A stretch of DNA of 64,000 nucleotides from Aulosira sp. ZfuVER01. Lineage in GTDB: Bacteria > Cyanobacteriota > Cyanobacteriia > Cyanobacteriales > Nostocaceae. The stretch covers positions 10,633-74,632 of the forward strand of contig JAVRCV020000003.1 in assembly GCA_034530615.2 (NCBI GenBank), written 5' to 3'. Within the stretch, counting starts at the first letter, position 1. Each line of letters starts with the position of its first letter. The position numbers were made by a program, and so were the translations under genes. The notes beneath the pieces were generated by a model that saw only the letters and a list, made by a program, of their open reading frames with translations, searched no databases and was not told where the DNA came from. Below are positions 55,705 through 64,000 of this stretch, one piece after another.

Positions 55705-56646
55705 CTAACCAATTAACTTCTGCCAAGTAGTAGGTCCGACAATTCCATCAGCGAGTAATCCATTTTGCCTTTGAAAGTTTTTCATACTTGCCTCTGTTTG
55801 TGGGCCATAAACACCATCAACTTCAACGCCTAAACGATATTGCAAGTAGCGAATAACTGGGCCACCAGCATGATTTAGACGAATGATTCTTTTTGCTAAA
55901 ATCAAATTAATTGCATCCCATGTAGCTTTGTCAGCATTTCCACTTTCCGCAATTCCAGCAATTTTTTGAAATTTGGCTACTGCAGAACTTGTAGCACTAC
56001 CTGCTATGCCATCTTCTACCAAAGGTTTACCATTTTTATCGGTTATCTTTAGTTGATTCAAAGTTTTTTGTAACCTTTGAACTGTAGTATCTACATTCTG
56101 TTCCTCATCTGGTACTGGGTTGACAGGAGTGGTTGGTAATTTACCTGTTAAGCCTTTGACAATTGCATTTGCCAGTGCTTCTGGATTAAAAAGATTCATA
56201 TCTTTTTGGGAATCGAGGAAGCAACCTTCTACAAGAATCGCAGGCATATTTGTGTTTCTCAGAACATATAAATGAGAACCACTTTTAACACCACGATTAA
56301 AAAATCCTAATTTGACAATTTCATCTAATACTGGTTTAGCGATCTTTGTACTAGTTTCGCTACCAGCAAATACTTCTGTGCCGTTTGCTTGCCCGTTAAA
56401 AGAATTAAAGTGAATAGATACATACACATCAACTCTGTTAGCATTTGCTTTGTCACATCTTTGAGCAAGCGATTGAGTTACTGTGCTAGCACTATTTGGT
56501 TTACATGGTATGACTTGATGTCCTAAAGCTTGTAGCTTAGATATCACTCTATTGCCTACATCTAAGGTTAAATTATCCTCAAATTTGAGACCTCTAGCTC
56601 CGGTGTCTGGGGGGCAATTATGCCCAATATCAACGCCAAATTTCAT
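55705..56646 (-). CDS. N-acetylmuramoyl-L-alanine amidase (Amidase_3) with PG-binding domains
   Basis: DIGH, E, SIHFN, PAILVEGCF motifs; C-terminal DGIVGPTTW. Confidence 0.93.
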   Translation of the reverse strand: MKFGVDIGHNCPPDTGARGLKFEDNLTLDVGNRVISKLQALGHQVIPCKPNSASTVTQSLAQRCDKANANRVDVYVSIHFNSFNGQANGTEVFAGSETSTKIAKPVLDEIVKLGFFNRGVKSGSHLYVLRNTNMPAILVEGCFLDSQKDMNLFNPEALANAIVKGLTGKLPTTPVNPVPDEEQNVDTTVQRLQKTLNQLKITDKNGKPLVEDGIAGSATSSAVAKFQKIAGIAESGNADKATWDAINLILAKRIIRLNHAGGPVIRYLQYRLGVEVDGVYGPQTEASMKNFQRQNGLLADGIVGPTTWQKLIG

Positions 56647-57100
56647 TGTTCTGTCCTCCACTTATTTTTATATTAGTTTAAATGTTCGATATCTTTTGAT
56701 AACCCTCTTTTATACATTTGACCAGAGAAAAATAAATTTCCCATCTCAAAAATTACTGCGACTAGAAAAAATTTATACCACAAATGTTGTTAAATTGGCT
56801 CTGACAAAAGTCATAAAATAAATAATAATCACTAAAATTGAATATAAAAATTTTTAACTACAAGTTGGGGAAAATAAATTCCCGGAATTTAACAAAACTT
56901 TTTTTCACTTAACATAGCCTCAACGAGGAGGTTGCTAGTATTTGACTTGAGGCTTGCTAACCGAGGAGCAAGAGAGAAGAATTTGTAGCTCTGATTTACC
57001 GAATGGGTACTAGTAGTTGAGATTTATGTATATCTACCGATCGAATTTGGTTCATTAAAGTATTCTGTCTTCAGTTCATTACTTAATACAGTAGGTAATC

Positions 57101-58711
57101 ATGACCAATGTATCGAGTTCTATATTAGATCCCAAAACACCAGATGATGTGGTTATCTCAGTGCAACCACGCAAACCTGTTACAGACCCAACCTTAGGCA
57201 TTGCTGTTAATGTTAGCAAAACGGGAACTCCTAAAAATCGGCTGGTAACGCTGGGAGACTCAATTACACAAGGTTTCCAAAGTGGAGCTATATTTAATAC
57301 GCAACTCTCATATCCGGCAATTATTGCCAAAGAGTTAGGTTGGGGGGAACTACGCTATCCTACTTATCGGAGTCCAACAGATGGATTGCCAATCAATGTG
57401 GAACGCTTGGCCCGTGACTTAGAGAAGAAATTTGGCCCTAATATCAACCCGTTAGAGTTTATTGGTGCGGCTCTATTTTTACGCAAATTCTTAGATGTCA
57501 ATGAAAACTATTGGGAACGCGGTGAAGGTTCGTTATTCCCAATTCAACAAGGGATAAATCATAATCTAGCCGTGTATGGATGGGATTTGCGCAATACTAT
57601 ATCGCGTAATGCAGACATCTGTATCAACATTCTCAAGAATAATCCACCAAAGGATGATTATCTGCGGTTAATTGTTGAGTATCACAACGAACGCACAGCT
57701 ATTCGGGCTTTAAACTCAGCACGGGATAGCAATGGTGTCGCACTATCGCCAGTACAAGCAGCCGCAGCCTTGGGTGAAGAAGGTACGTTAGAAACAGAAG
57801 GTATTGAAACACTAATTGTCTTGATTGGGGCCAATAACGCTTTAGGCAGTATTCTTACGTTTAACGTTGTCTGGAGTGATACTGGCTATGATGATATGGA
57901 TGTCAACGATCAGTATACTGTTTGGCGTCCGATTCACTTTAAAGCAGAACTCGATCGCTTAGTTGCAGAAGTTAAAAACATCCGCGCTCGCCATGTGATT
58001 TTTGGTACAGTACCTCACATTACGATTGTGCCTTTTGCCCGGGGGGTGAATCAAAAGGTAGCACCAGGTTCTCGCTACTTTCCTTTCTACACCTTACCTT
58101 GGATAGAAGACAAAGATTTTGACAGAAACAAACACCCAAACCTCACCGAACAGGAAGTGAGAGCAATTGATAGTGCGATTGACCAGTATAACGACTATAT
58201 AACTGATGCGGTGCGTCAAGCTCGTAGTGAAGGTAGAGATTGGTATTTATTTGACGCTGCGGGATTATTAGATAGGTTAGCATCCCGGCGTTATTTACAA
58301 GATCCCGAAGCTAAACCAGAGTGGTGGGACGAAGTTGGCGGTGCTTACCCATTACCTGCTGAACTGCAAGCGCTAACACCTGTACCTGATTCTCGCTTTT
58401 TTCTTTCCGGGCCAAACGGTCGTACCCAAGGGGGTTTATTTTCTTTAGATGGGATTCATCCAACAACTATTGGCTATGGCATTATCGCCCAGGAAATAAT
58501 TAAGATTATGCAACAAGCAGGAGTAAAGTTCTATCAACAGGATGGTACAACTGAGCGTACTGGTGATATTAACGTGAATTTTCAAAGCTTGATTGCTGTG
58601 GATTCTTTAATTTCTCGTCCACCGCGAAACTTGATTGAGATTATGGATATCATCGGCGGACTGGACAAGAACTTTAATATCTTGAGCAGTTTGCTGAAAA
58701 AGAATTATTGA
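57101..58711 (+). CDS. SGNH/GDSL-type hydrolase
   Basis: LGDSITQG, IGANN, SLDGIHP motifs. Confidence 0.85.
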   Translation: MTNVSSSILDPKTPDDVVISVQPRKPVTDPTLGIAVNVSKTGTPKNRLVTLGDSITQGFQSGAIFNTQLSYPAIIAKELGWGELRYPTYRSPTDGLPINVERLARDLEKKFGPNINPLEFIGAALFLRKFLDVNENYWERGEGSLFPIQQGINHNLAVYGWDLRNTISRNADICINILKNNPPKDDYLRLIVEYHNERTAIRALNSARDSNGVALSPVQAAAALGEEGTLETEGIETLIVLIGANNALGSILTFNVVWSDTGYDDMDVNDQYTVWRPIHFKAELDRLVAEVKNIRARHVIFGTVPHITIVPFARGVNQKVAPGSRYFPFYTLPWIEDKDFDRNKHPNLTEQEVRAIDSAIDQYNDYITDAVRQARSEGRDWYLFDAAGLLDRLASRRYLQDPEAKPEWWDEVGGAYPLPAELQALTPVPDSRFFLSGPNGRTQGGLFSLDGIHPTTIGYGIIAQEIIKIMQQAGVKFYQQDGTTERTGDINVNFQSLIAVDSLISRPPRNLIEIMDIIGGLDKNFNILSSLLKKNY

Positions 58712-58814
58712 CAAAATCTGTTTTTTCTTTGCGTTCTCCGCGTTCTCTGCGGTTCAAAAATAATTGATTTAACCACAGAGGCGCTTTTTCACCTTTCTCG
58801 ATTATGGGTAGCCA

Positions 58815-59045
58815 GAATCAACTTCAGGGTTCCTTGAATTAACTTCAGGGTTGACGTTTCTGTGTTTCGCGTAGCCAGAATCAACTTCAGGGTTCCTTGA
58901 ATTAACTTCAGGGTTGACGTTTCCGTGTTTCGCGTAGTCTGAATCAACTTCAGGGTTCCTTGAATCAACTTCAGGGTTAACGTTTCCGTGTTTCGCGTAG
59001 TCTGAATTAACTTCAGGGTTGACGTTTCCGTGTTTTGCGTAGTCT
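58815..59045. repeat. Eleven 21-nt units forming a 63-nt higher-order repeat (A-A-B)x3 plus A-B
   Basis: A1 GAATCAACTTCAGGGTTCCTT, A2 GAATTAACTTCAGGGTTGACG, B TTTCCGTGTTTCGCGTAGTCT. Confidence 0.95.
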
Positions 59046-59230
59046 CAAGCAACTTGCGCTTTGATATTAGCGCAAACAGACTTGCGTTCTAAAATTTGGC
59101 AACAGAATAAATTGCGATAAATTACTGAAATTTTGAGTTTTTTCAAAAAATCAACAATTTTACGTATGACAAATTTTTAAATCATTGTCCACTATAGATT
59201 TAGGAAAAATTTGGCAATTGGGTGCAAACT

Positions 59231-59599
59231 ATGACAAGAATGAAACGCAGTTCACGTATTCTTAGCAAAGCTGAAAAACGTCTAGCTAGTATTGAATCTA
59301 TTAATTCAAACCTAGATGTAGGAGAAGGGTTAACAGTCCAAGCTTATAATGAAAAAATTGAAAAAATGCGGCAATCTCTACAAGTATATAATCGCGCTCT
59401 TTCTACTATCGATAATTTATTAACCCAACTCATCGAAAACGAACAAGATTTAGCAGACTATTCTCAGAAAATTTTGGGTGGTATTGCTTATAAATTTGGT
59501 AACAATAGCCATGAATATCAGATGGCTGGAGGTACTCGCAAAAGCGATCGCAAACGTCCTGTGCGTCAAAGTACGGTTGCACCTACTAGCGAAGAATAG
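59231..59599 (+). CDS. Uncharacterised basic coiled-coil protein
   Basis: MTRMKRSSRILSKAEKRL...; heptad core; C-terminal YKFGNNSHEYQMAGGTRKS. Confidence 0.8.
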   Translation: MTRMKRSSRILSKAEKRLASIESINSNLDVGEGLTVQAYNEKIEKMRQSLQVYNRALSTIDNLLTQLIENEQDLADYSQKILGGIAYKFGNNSHEYQMAGGTRKSDRKRPVRQSTVAPTSEE

Positions 59600-59687
59600 G
59601 GCAGGATTTTACAACTAATTCGTAATTACGAAAGTCTCATACCAATTTAAAAACAATGGTACAGATGGGTAGGCGTACAGCAATGTT

Positions 59688-59851
59688 CACCTGTGTCAAC
59701 TTAACGTGAAAGGCTTTGTTGCTCCAAATATTTGATCCCCCAACCCCCTTAAAAAGGGGGCTAAAATTCTAATTCCCCCCTTTTTTAAGGGGGGTTAGGG
59801 GGGATCAAAAATTTATGGTGCTAAGAGACAGAACCTCAAAGACTACTAATG
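59688..59851. mobile_element. MITE, family A copy 3 (right end partly deleted; 9-bp TSD AGCAATGTT)
   Basis: Left TIR CACCTGTGTCAACTTAA; direct repeats at 59679-59687 and 59852-59860. Confidence 0.85.
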
Positions 59852-59872
59852 AGCAATGTTGCGCTATAGACT

Positions 59873-60256
59873 ATGACAAACAATTTTAAAAGTAGCGATT
59901 TTCATTTACCTTATCATCCAAAGCTTGTAGAAAGAGCAAAAGAACTTCGCAAAAATATGACCCCAGCAGAAAAAAAGCTGTGGTATGAGTATTTGAGGAA
60001 TTTTAAATTTCGGGTTTTAAGGCAACGACCAATTAATCATTTTATAGTTGATTTCTATTGCCCTACTTTACAACTAGTGATTGAAATTGATGGAGATAGC
60101 CATTTTACAGATGAAGGTCAAGACTATGACATAGAGAGAACAATAATTCTAGAAGGCTATGGTTTAAAGATTATTAGGTTTACAAATAGTCAAGTTTTAA
60201 ATCAGTTTGATAGCGTGTGTGAGCAGATACAGGGTTTCATCACCTCTAAACCCTAA
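59873..60256 (+). CDS. DUF559 family (Vsr-like PD-(D/E)XK) endonuclease domain protein
   Basis: AKELRKNMTPAEKKLW, FIVDFYC, IEIDGDSH motifs. Confidence 0.92.
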   Translation: MTNNFKSSDFHLPYHPKLVERAKELRKNMTPAEKKLWYEYLRNFKFRVLRQRPINHFIVDFYCPTLQLVIEIDGDSHFTDEGQDYDIERTIILEGYGLKIIRFTNSQVLNQFDSVCEQIQGFITSKP

Positions 60257-60303
60257 ACCACATTTTTAAGAAGAAACTTTCTTAAAGTCCCCCCTTTGTA
60301 AGG

Positions 60304-60513
60304 CTACAGTGTATATACAAGTCTTATAACCTAGCTCCACAACGTTTTGATCCCCCCTAACCCCCCTTAAAAAAGGGGGGAAAGAATCAAAGTCCTCCTT
60401 TTTAAAGGGAGCCACTGCGTGGCTAGGGTTCACCCCGTTGTAGCAAGTGGCGTGGATTTAAGAGGGATAAAACCACATTTTGCACTTAGCACAAAGATGT
60501 GTATACACCGTAC
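60304..60513. mobile_element. MITE, family C (TIR about TACAGTGTATATACA / TGTGTATACACCGTA) nested in a CCCCCTT-AAGGGG palindromic repeat
   Basis: Imperfect TIRs; internal and flanking poly-C/poly-G hairpin modules shared with families A and B; no clear TSD. Confidence 0.6.
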
Positions 60514-60592
60514 TCTTAAAAAAAGGAGAAAAGAATCAAAGTCCCCCTTTTTAAGGGGGATTTAGGGGGATCTAGATATGTGCAACTTCTCA

Positions 60593-60883
60593 TTAAATTG
60601 GTATTAAAACTGTTTGATTATCGGGATTTTGCACAAGATTTCTAGCTACACGATTGAGAAAACTTAAGTAATCATCAATTTCTTCGTAGCCATCTAGTTC
60701 TTGTTCTTCTTCAAAATTGAGTGAAGAATTTTGCTGTTTGGCTAGTAAAGCTACAATGCAATTTTGCACAATAGTAGATGCTCTAAATATAGGTATTCCC
60801 TCTTGCAACTCAATGCTGATTGCACCTTCTAAAAGTAAGGTAGCGGGTAGATTATGAAGCGTTGGTAGCAATGGAGTTGTCAT
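60593..60883 (-). CDS. Small acidic hypothetical protein
   Basis: IELQEGIPIFRAS...EEEQELDGYEEIDDYLSF. Confidence 0.7.
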   Translation of the reverse strand: MTTPLLPTLHNLPATLLLEGAISIELQEGIPIFRASTIVQNCIVALLAKQQNSSLNFEEEQELDGYEEIDDYLSFLNRVARNLVQNPDNQTVLIPI

Positions 60884-60928
60884 AGTAATTCTATGAAATC
60901 TTGTAAGCGATCGTAGCGTATATCTTTT

Positions 60929-63331
60929 TCACCGCCGAAACCAACCGCGAACCCAACGCCACAACCACCGCCACCAACCCCAAAACCCACGCCGAGAAAC
61001 TACAGGCGCTTTTAGTTGCGAAAGACGCTCAATTGCATCATTGCAAAGCCGCACATTAGCATCAAGTCCCATTGTCTGAAATAGTTCACGTGCATTGCGA
61101 TAAGCGCCCAGCGCGTCTGATTCTCGGTTGACGTTTTCTAAAGCCAAACCTAAATTAAACCAGGTGTTTGCTTCTCCTCGAATATCGCCAATCTCCCGAA
61201 ATATATCCATTGACTGCTGGAAGAACTCTATCGCCCGTTGGTACTGTCCCTGCTGGAAGTAAGCAAGACCTAAATTACCTAAGGATTTACCAAAAGTATT
61301 GCGATCGCCAATCTCTCGAGATATCTCCAAAGACTGCTGACAAAACTCAATCGCCCGTGGGTACTGTCCCTGATATAAGTAAGCAAGACCCAAATTAGCT
61401 AAGGATTTACCAAAAGTATTGCGGTCGCAAATCTCCCGAGATATCTCCAAAGACTGCTGATAGAAATCAATCGCCTGTTGGTACTGTCCCAGGGAGTTGT
61501 AAGCATTACCCAAATTCATTAAGGATAAGCCTTCAAAATTGCAATCGCCAATCTCCCGTTTGATATCCAATGACTGCTGGAAGAACTCTATCGCTCGTTG
61601 GTACTGTCCCAGGGAGTTGTAAGCACTGCCCAAATTGTTTAAGGATGCACCTTCGCCGAAGCGATCGCCAATCTCCCGAAATATATCCAAAGACTGCTGG
61701 AAGAACTCTATTGCCCGTGGGTACTGTCCCAGGGAGTTGTAAGCACTGCCTAAATTATTTAAGGATGCACCTTCGCCATTGCGATTGCCAATCTCCCAAA
61801 ATATATCCAAAGACTGCTGGTGTAACTCTATTGCCCGTGGGTACTGTCCCAGGGAGTCGTAAGCACTGCCTAATGAAGTGAGAGAAGCCAGATAATTCAA
61901 ATTTTCTCTATCTCCAATTTCTTGCCATTTACTTACTAACTGCCCGTATAATTCTACTTGGTCTGCATAATAACCCAGCAAGGTTAAAAAATCATTGCAA
62001 ACCCAAAGCGCATCAAAGGCAGAGTCATAATCTTGCGACTGATAAAGGTGATAGAAGATTTCCAAGTATTCTTTAACATCATCTTTTGTTGTCCAAGGCG
62101 GTTGTTTAGCAATTGAGCGATAATATTCTATGGCTTGTTGATGCGCCTCTGTTTGATTACCAGCCTTATACCGCACATATTCCAAAACCACGGGCTGAAA
62201 CTCAAACCGCCGTTTACCATTAAGTTTTTCTACCAACAGAGAACGCTGAACAATATTCCTCAGTTCTCCCTCAATCTCTGCTGCTGAATTTCCTGGCAAC
62301 ACTGCCACTGCTGCTGCACTATCAACTGCACCACGATAAACACTAATATTCAGCAATAAAGCCTTTTGTAAATTATTCAATCTATTAAAACTGGCATCTA
62401 ACACCAGCACCATCCCCACATTTTCCCGACGATGCACGCCTACTACTTGGGGATCTGTCAACAACTGCCGCAAATTTCCTAATCCTAAGTCTGCTAATCT
62501 TTTTAAATCTGGGTCTTGGGGATATTCTTCCTTTAATAAATCAGCTACCAATCGTAACAGCAGGGGATGTCCATCTACTAATTCAACAAACTCAGCTAAA
62601 TCTCCCCGAATCCCTAATGCTGTTAACAGTGCTACCCCTTCATCTACTAGCAAACCTTTCAAAGGTAGCCACTCAAAGCCTTTTAATTCTGGTCTTTCTC
62701 TGGTGGTAACTATTACCTTACTATTACCGCCAAATTCCACCCAAGCGTTGAAAAATTCGCCGTAGAATAGACTTCCCCATTGTCTATTAGGTTTTAATAA
62801 ACTTTCTAGGTTGTCAATAATCAGTAAAAATTCACCACTGCGTAAACACCTCACCAGCGCTTCTATTAACTGCGCTTCTTCTTCTGGAACCGGAAAGCCA
62901 AATTCACTGAGTACTTGACGGGCTAAATCGCTAAAACTTGCCCCATTACTCACATCACCCCAAAATCGCTTGCGGAAACCTGCAATTTCTTCATAAATTT
63001 TCGCAGCCAGCATCGATTTACCCGCGCCACCGATGCCTTCTATGCCAATTAAAAAGGTATTGTTATCAGTTAACCATTGCTGTATTTGGGCAATTTCTGC
63101 TTTACGTCCTTGCCAATAAGCCAAACTTTTCTGTGGGTTCCCAGCTTTGAGAACCCCTGGTGATTCTGCTTTGGGACTGCTTTCTAGATGAACCAGAAAT
63201 TGAACTTGTTCTGCTGTGAGATGAAAATTCTCTGCATCAACATGACCAATTTGAGTTAATTTACTCTCATCTTGGGCAGTTCCCTCTAACTTGATAATTT
63301 TTGGCTGATTGGGGTTTGGTTCTTCCACCAT
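60929..63331 (-). CDS. NLR-like STAND protein: short N-terminal motif, NB-ARC, TPR repeats
   Basis: Likely start MVEEPN at 63331; Walker A GIGGAGKS, Walker B LLIIDNLE, VTTR, GHPLLL; about 40-aa TPR units. Confidence 0.93.
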   Translation of the reverse strand: MVEEPNPNQPKIIKLEGTAQDESKLTQIGHVDAENFHLTAEQVQFLVHLESSPKAESPGVLKAGNPQKSLAYWQGRKAEIAQIQQWLTDNNTFLIGIEGIGGAGKSMLAAKIYEEIAGFRKRFWGDVSNGASFSDLARQVLSEFGFPVPEEEAQLIEALVRCLRSGEFLLIIDNLESLLKPNRQWGSLFYGEFFNAWVEFGGNSKVIVTTRERPELKGFEWLPLKGLLVDEGVALLTALGIRGDLAEFVELVDGHPLLLRLVADLLKEEYPQDPDLKRLADLGLGNLRQLLTDPQVVGVHRRENVGMVLVLDASFNRLNNLQKALLLNISVYRGAVDSAAAVAVLPGNSAAEIEGELRNIVQRSLLVEKLNGKRRFEFQPVVLEYVRYKAGNQTEAHQQAIEYYRSIAKQPPWTTKDDVKEYLEIFYHLYQSQDYDSAFDALWVCNDFLTLLGYYADQVELYGQLVSKWQEIGDRENLNYLASLTSLGSAYDSLGQYPRAIELHQQSLDIFWEIGNRNGEGASLNNLGSAYNSLGQYPRAIEFFQQSLDIFREIGDRFGEGASLNNLGSAYNSLGQYQRAIEFFQQSLDIKREIGDCNFEGLSLMNLGNAYNSLGQYQQAIDFYQQSLEISREICDRNTFGKSLANLGLAYLYQGQYPRAIEFCQQSLEISREIGDRNTFGKSLGNLGLAYFQQGQYQRAIEFFQQSMDIFREIGDIRGEANTWFNLGLALENVNRESDALGAYRNARELFQTMGLDANVRLCNDAIERLSQLKAPVVSRRGFWGWWRWLWRWVRGWFRR

Positions 63332-63430
63332 AGGGAATATTGCTGAGTGAAATGATGAATGAATCTCACGCAAAGGCGCAAAGGCGCAAAGTAAAGTAAA
63401 ACTCTGCGTTACCCTCGCGCCCCTCTGCGT

Positions 63431-63781
63431 TTAAAAACTCACCTCATTAGCTTCAATCTTCCCTACTTGCTTGACGCTGCTGTTGTCGTAAGCATTAGCA
63501 CTGATGGCAATATTATCACCAGGTTTGTCAGCCGATGCTTGCAAAATCTTGGCGATTTCCTCAGCCAGTGCTGTATCTGCATCCAAAATCTTCTTTAATT
63601 GCACCCGCAAGCTGGCTTGTAAATCTTCATCCTCTGGATTTTGCGCCACATCCGCCGCCGCTTCCTTTGCTGCTTCCTTCGCCTCTACCTTGCGATGTAA
63701 CTGAGCCCAAATAGCCTTTGCTTTATTCCACCCATCCTCACCAACTTTCTGCGATGCGCCTTCTATGGCTTTATCCCTCTT
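63431..63781 (-). pseudogene. 5'-truncated helical (Bell/HeLo-like) effector with C-terminal RHIM-like motif
   Basis: Frame is open to 63781 (..DKAIEGASQKVGEDGWNKAKAIWAQL...EDEDLQASLRVQLKKIL...) but is preceded by in-frame TAG-TGA-TAA with no start codon. Confidence 0.65.
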
Positions 63782-64000
63782 TTATCACTACGGGGAGAGA
63801 ATAATACTCTACCCAATCTGAACCTTAGACAAAATCATCAATTGAGCGATCGCATGATCATTTTCTCATTTAACTTAGCTTGTTGATAAATAACCCAATA
63901 ATAAGACTTAGGGATTATTCTCTGCTGAAAGTAACAAAAGAGGGTTTATACCAATTCGCCAAAATAAGACAACACATGAGAAAATAATATAAATGCTCAT

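Noticed and set aside
58789..59052. 87-aa heptad-repeat ORF as a confirmed CDS, or the array as a CRISPR
   Set aside because: It lies entirely within the tandem array and has a weak start; there are no unique spacers, so it is not a CRISPR. Kept only as a hypothesis
63790..63820. GGGGAGAG...CTCTACCCAAT resembling a group II intron domain VI end at the effector breakpoint
   Set aside because: No domain V upstream; too short to support

Overview
Chromosomal window from a filamentous cyanobacterium, probably heterocystous Nostocales (dense HIP1 GCGATCGC sites, STRR heptamer repeats, Nostoc-type genes). Housekeeping content: thiE/thiS, sulfate ABC sbp-sbp-cysT-cysW, glgP, transporters, a hybrid histidine kinase, peptidases and cell-wall hydrolases. 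Accessory content: (1) a full-length major vault protein (MVP) gene with all eukaryotic vault regions, downstream of a solitary DpdE/RapA-like SNF2 helicase; (2) an NB-ARC/TPR NLR-like gene whose N-terminus shares an ungapped 24-aa RHIM-like motif with the C-terminus of the adjacent, 5'-truncated helical gene, suggesting amyloid signalling; (3) a cas-less CRISPR array with 16 repeats; (4) two homologous 21-nt/63-nt tandem arrays, one upstream of the CRISPR leader and one upstream of an uncharacterised coiled-coil gene; (5) a GC-richer AraC/oxidoreductase/TMEM175 island; (6) a stand-alone tyrosine recombinase; (7) several MITE families, some with visible target-site duplications. All protein-family calls come from motif recognition only; no searches were run.
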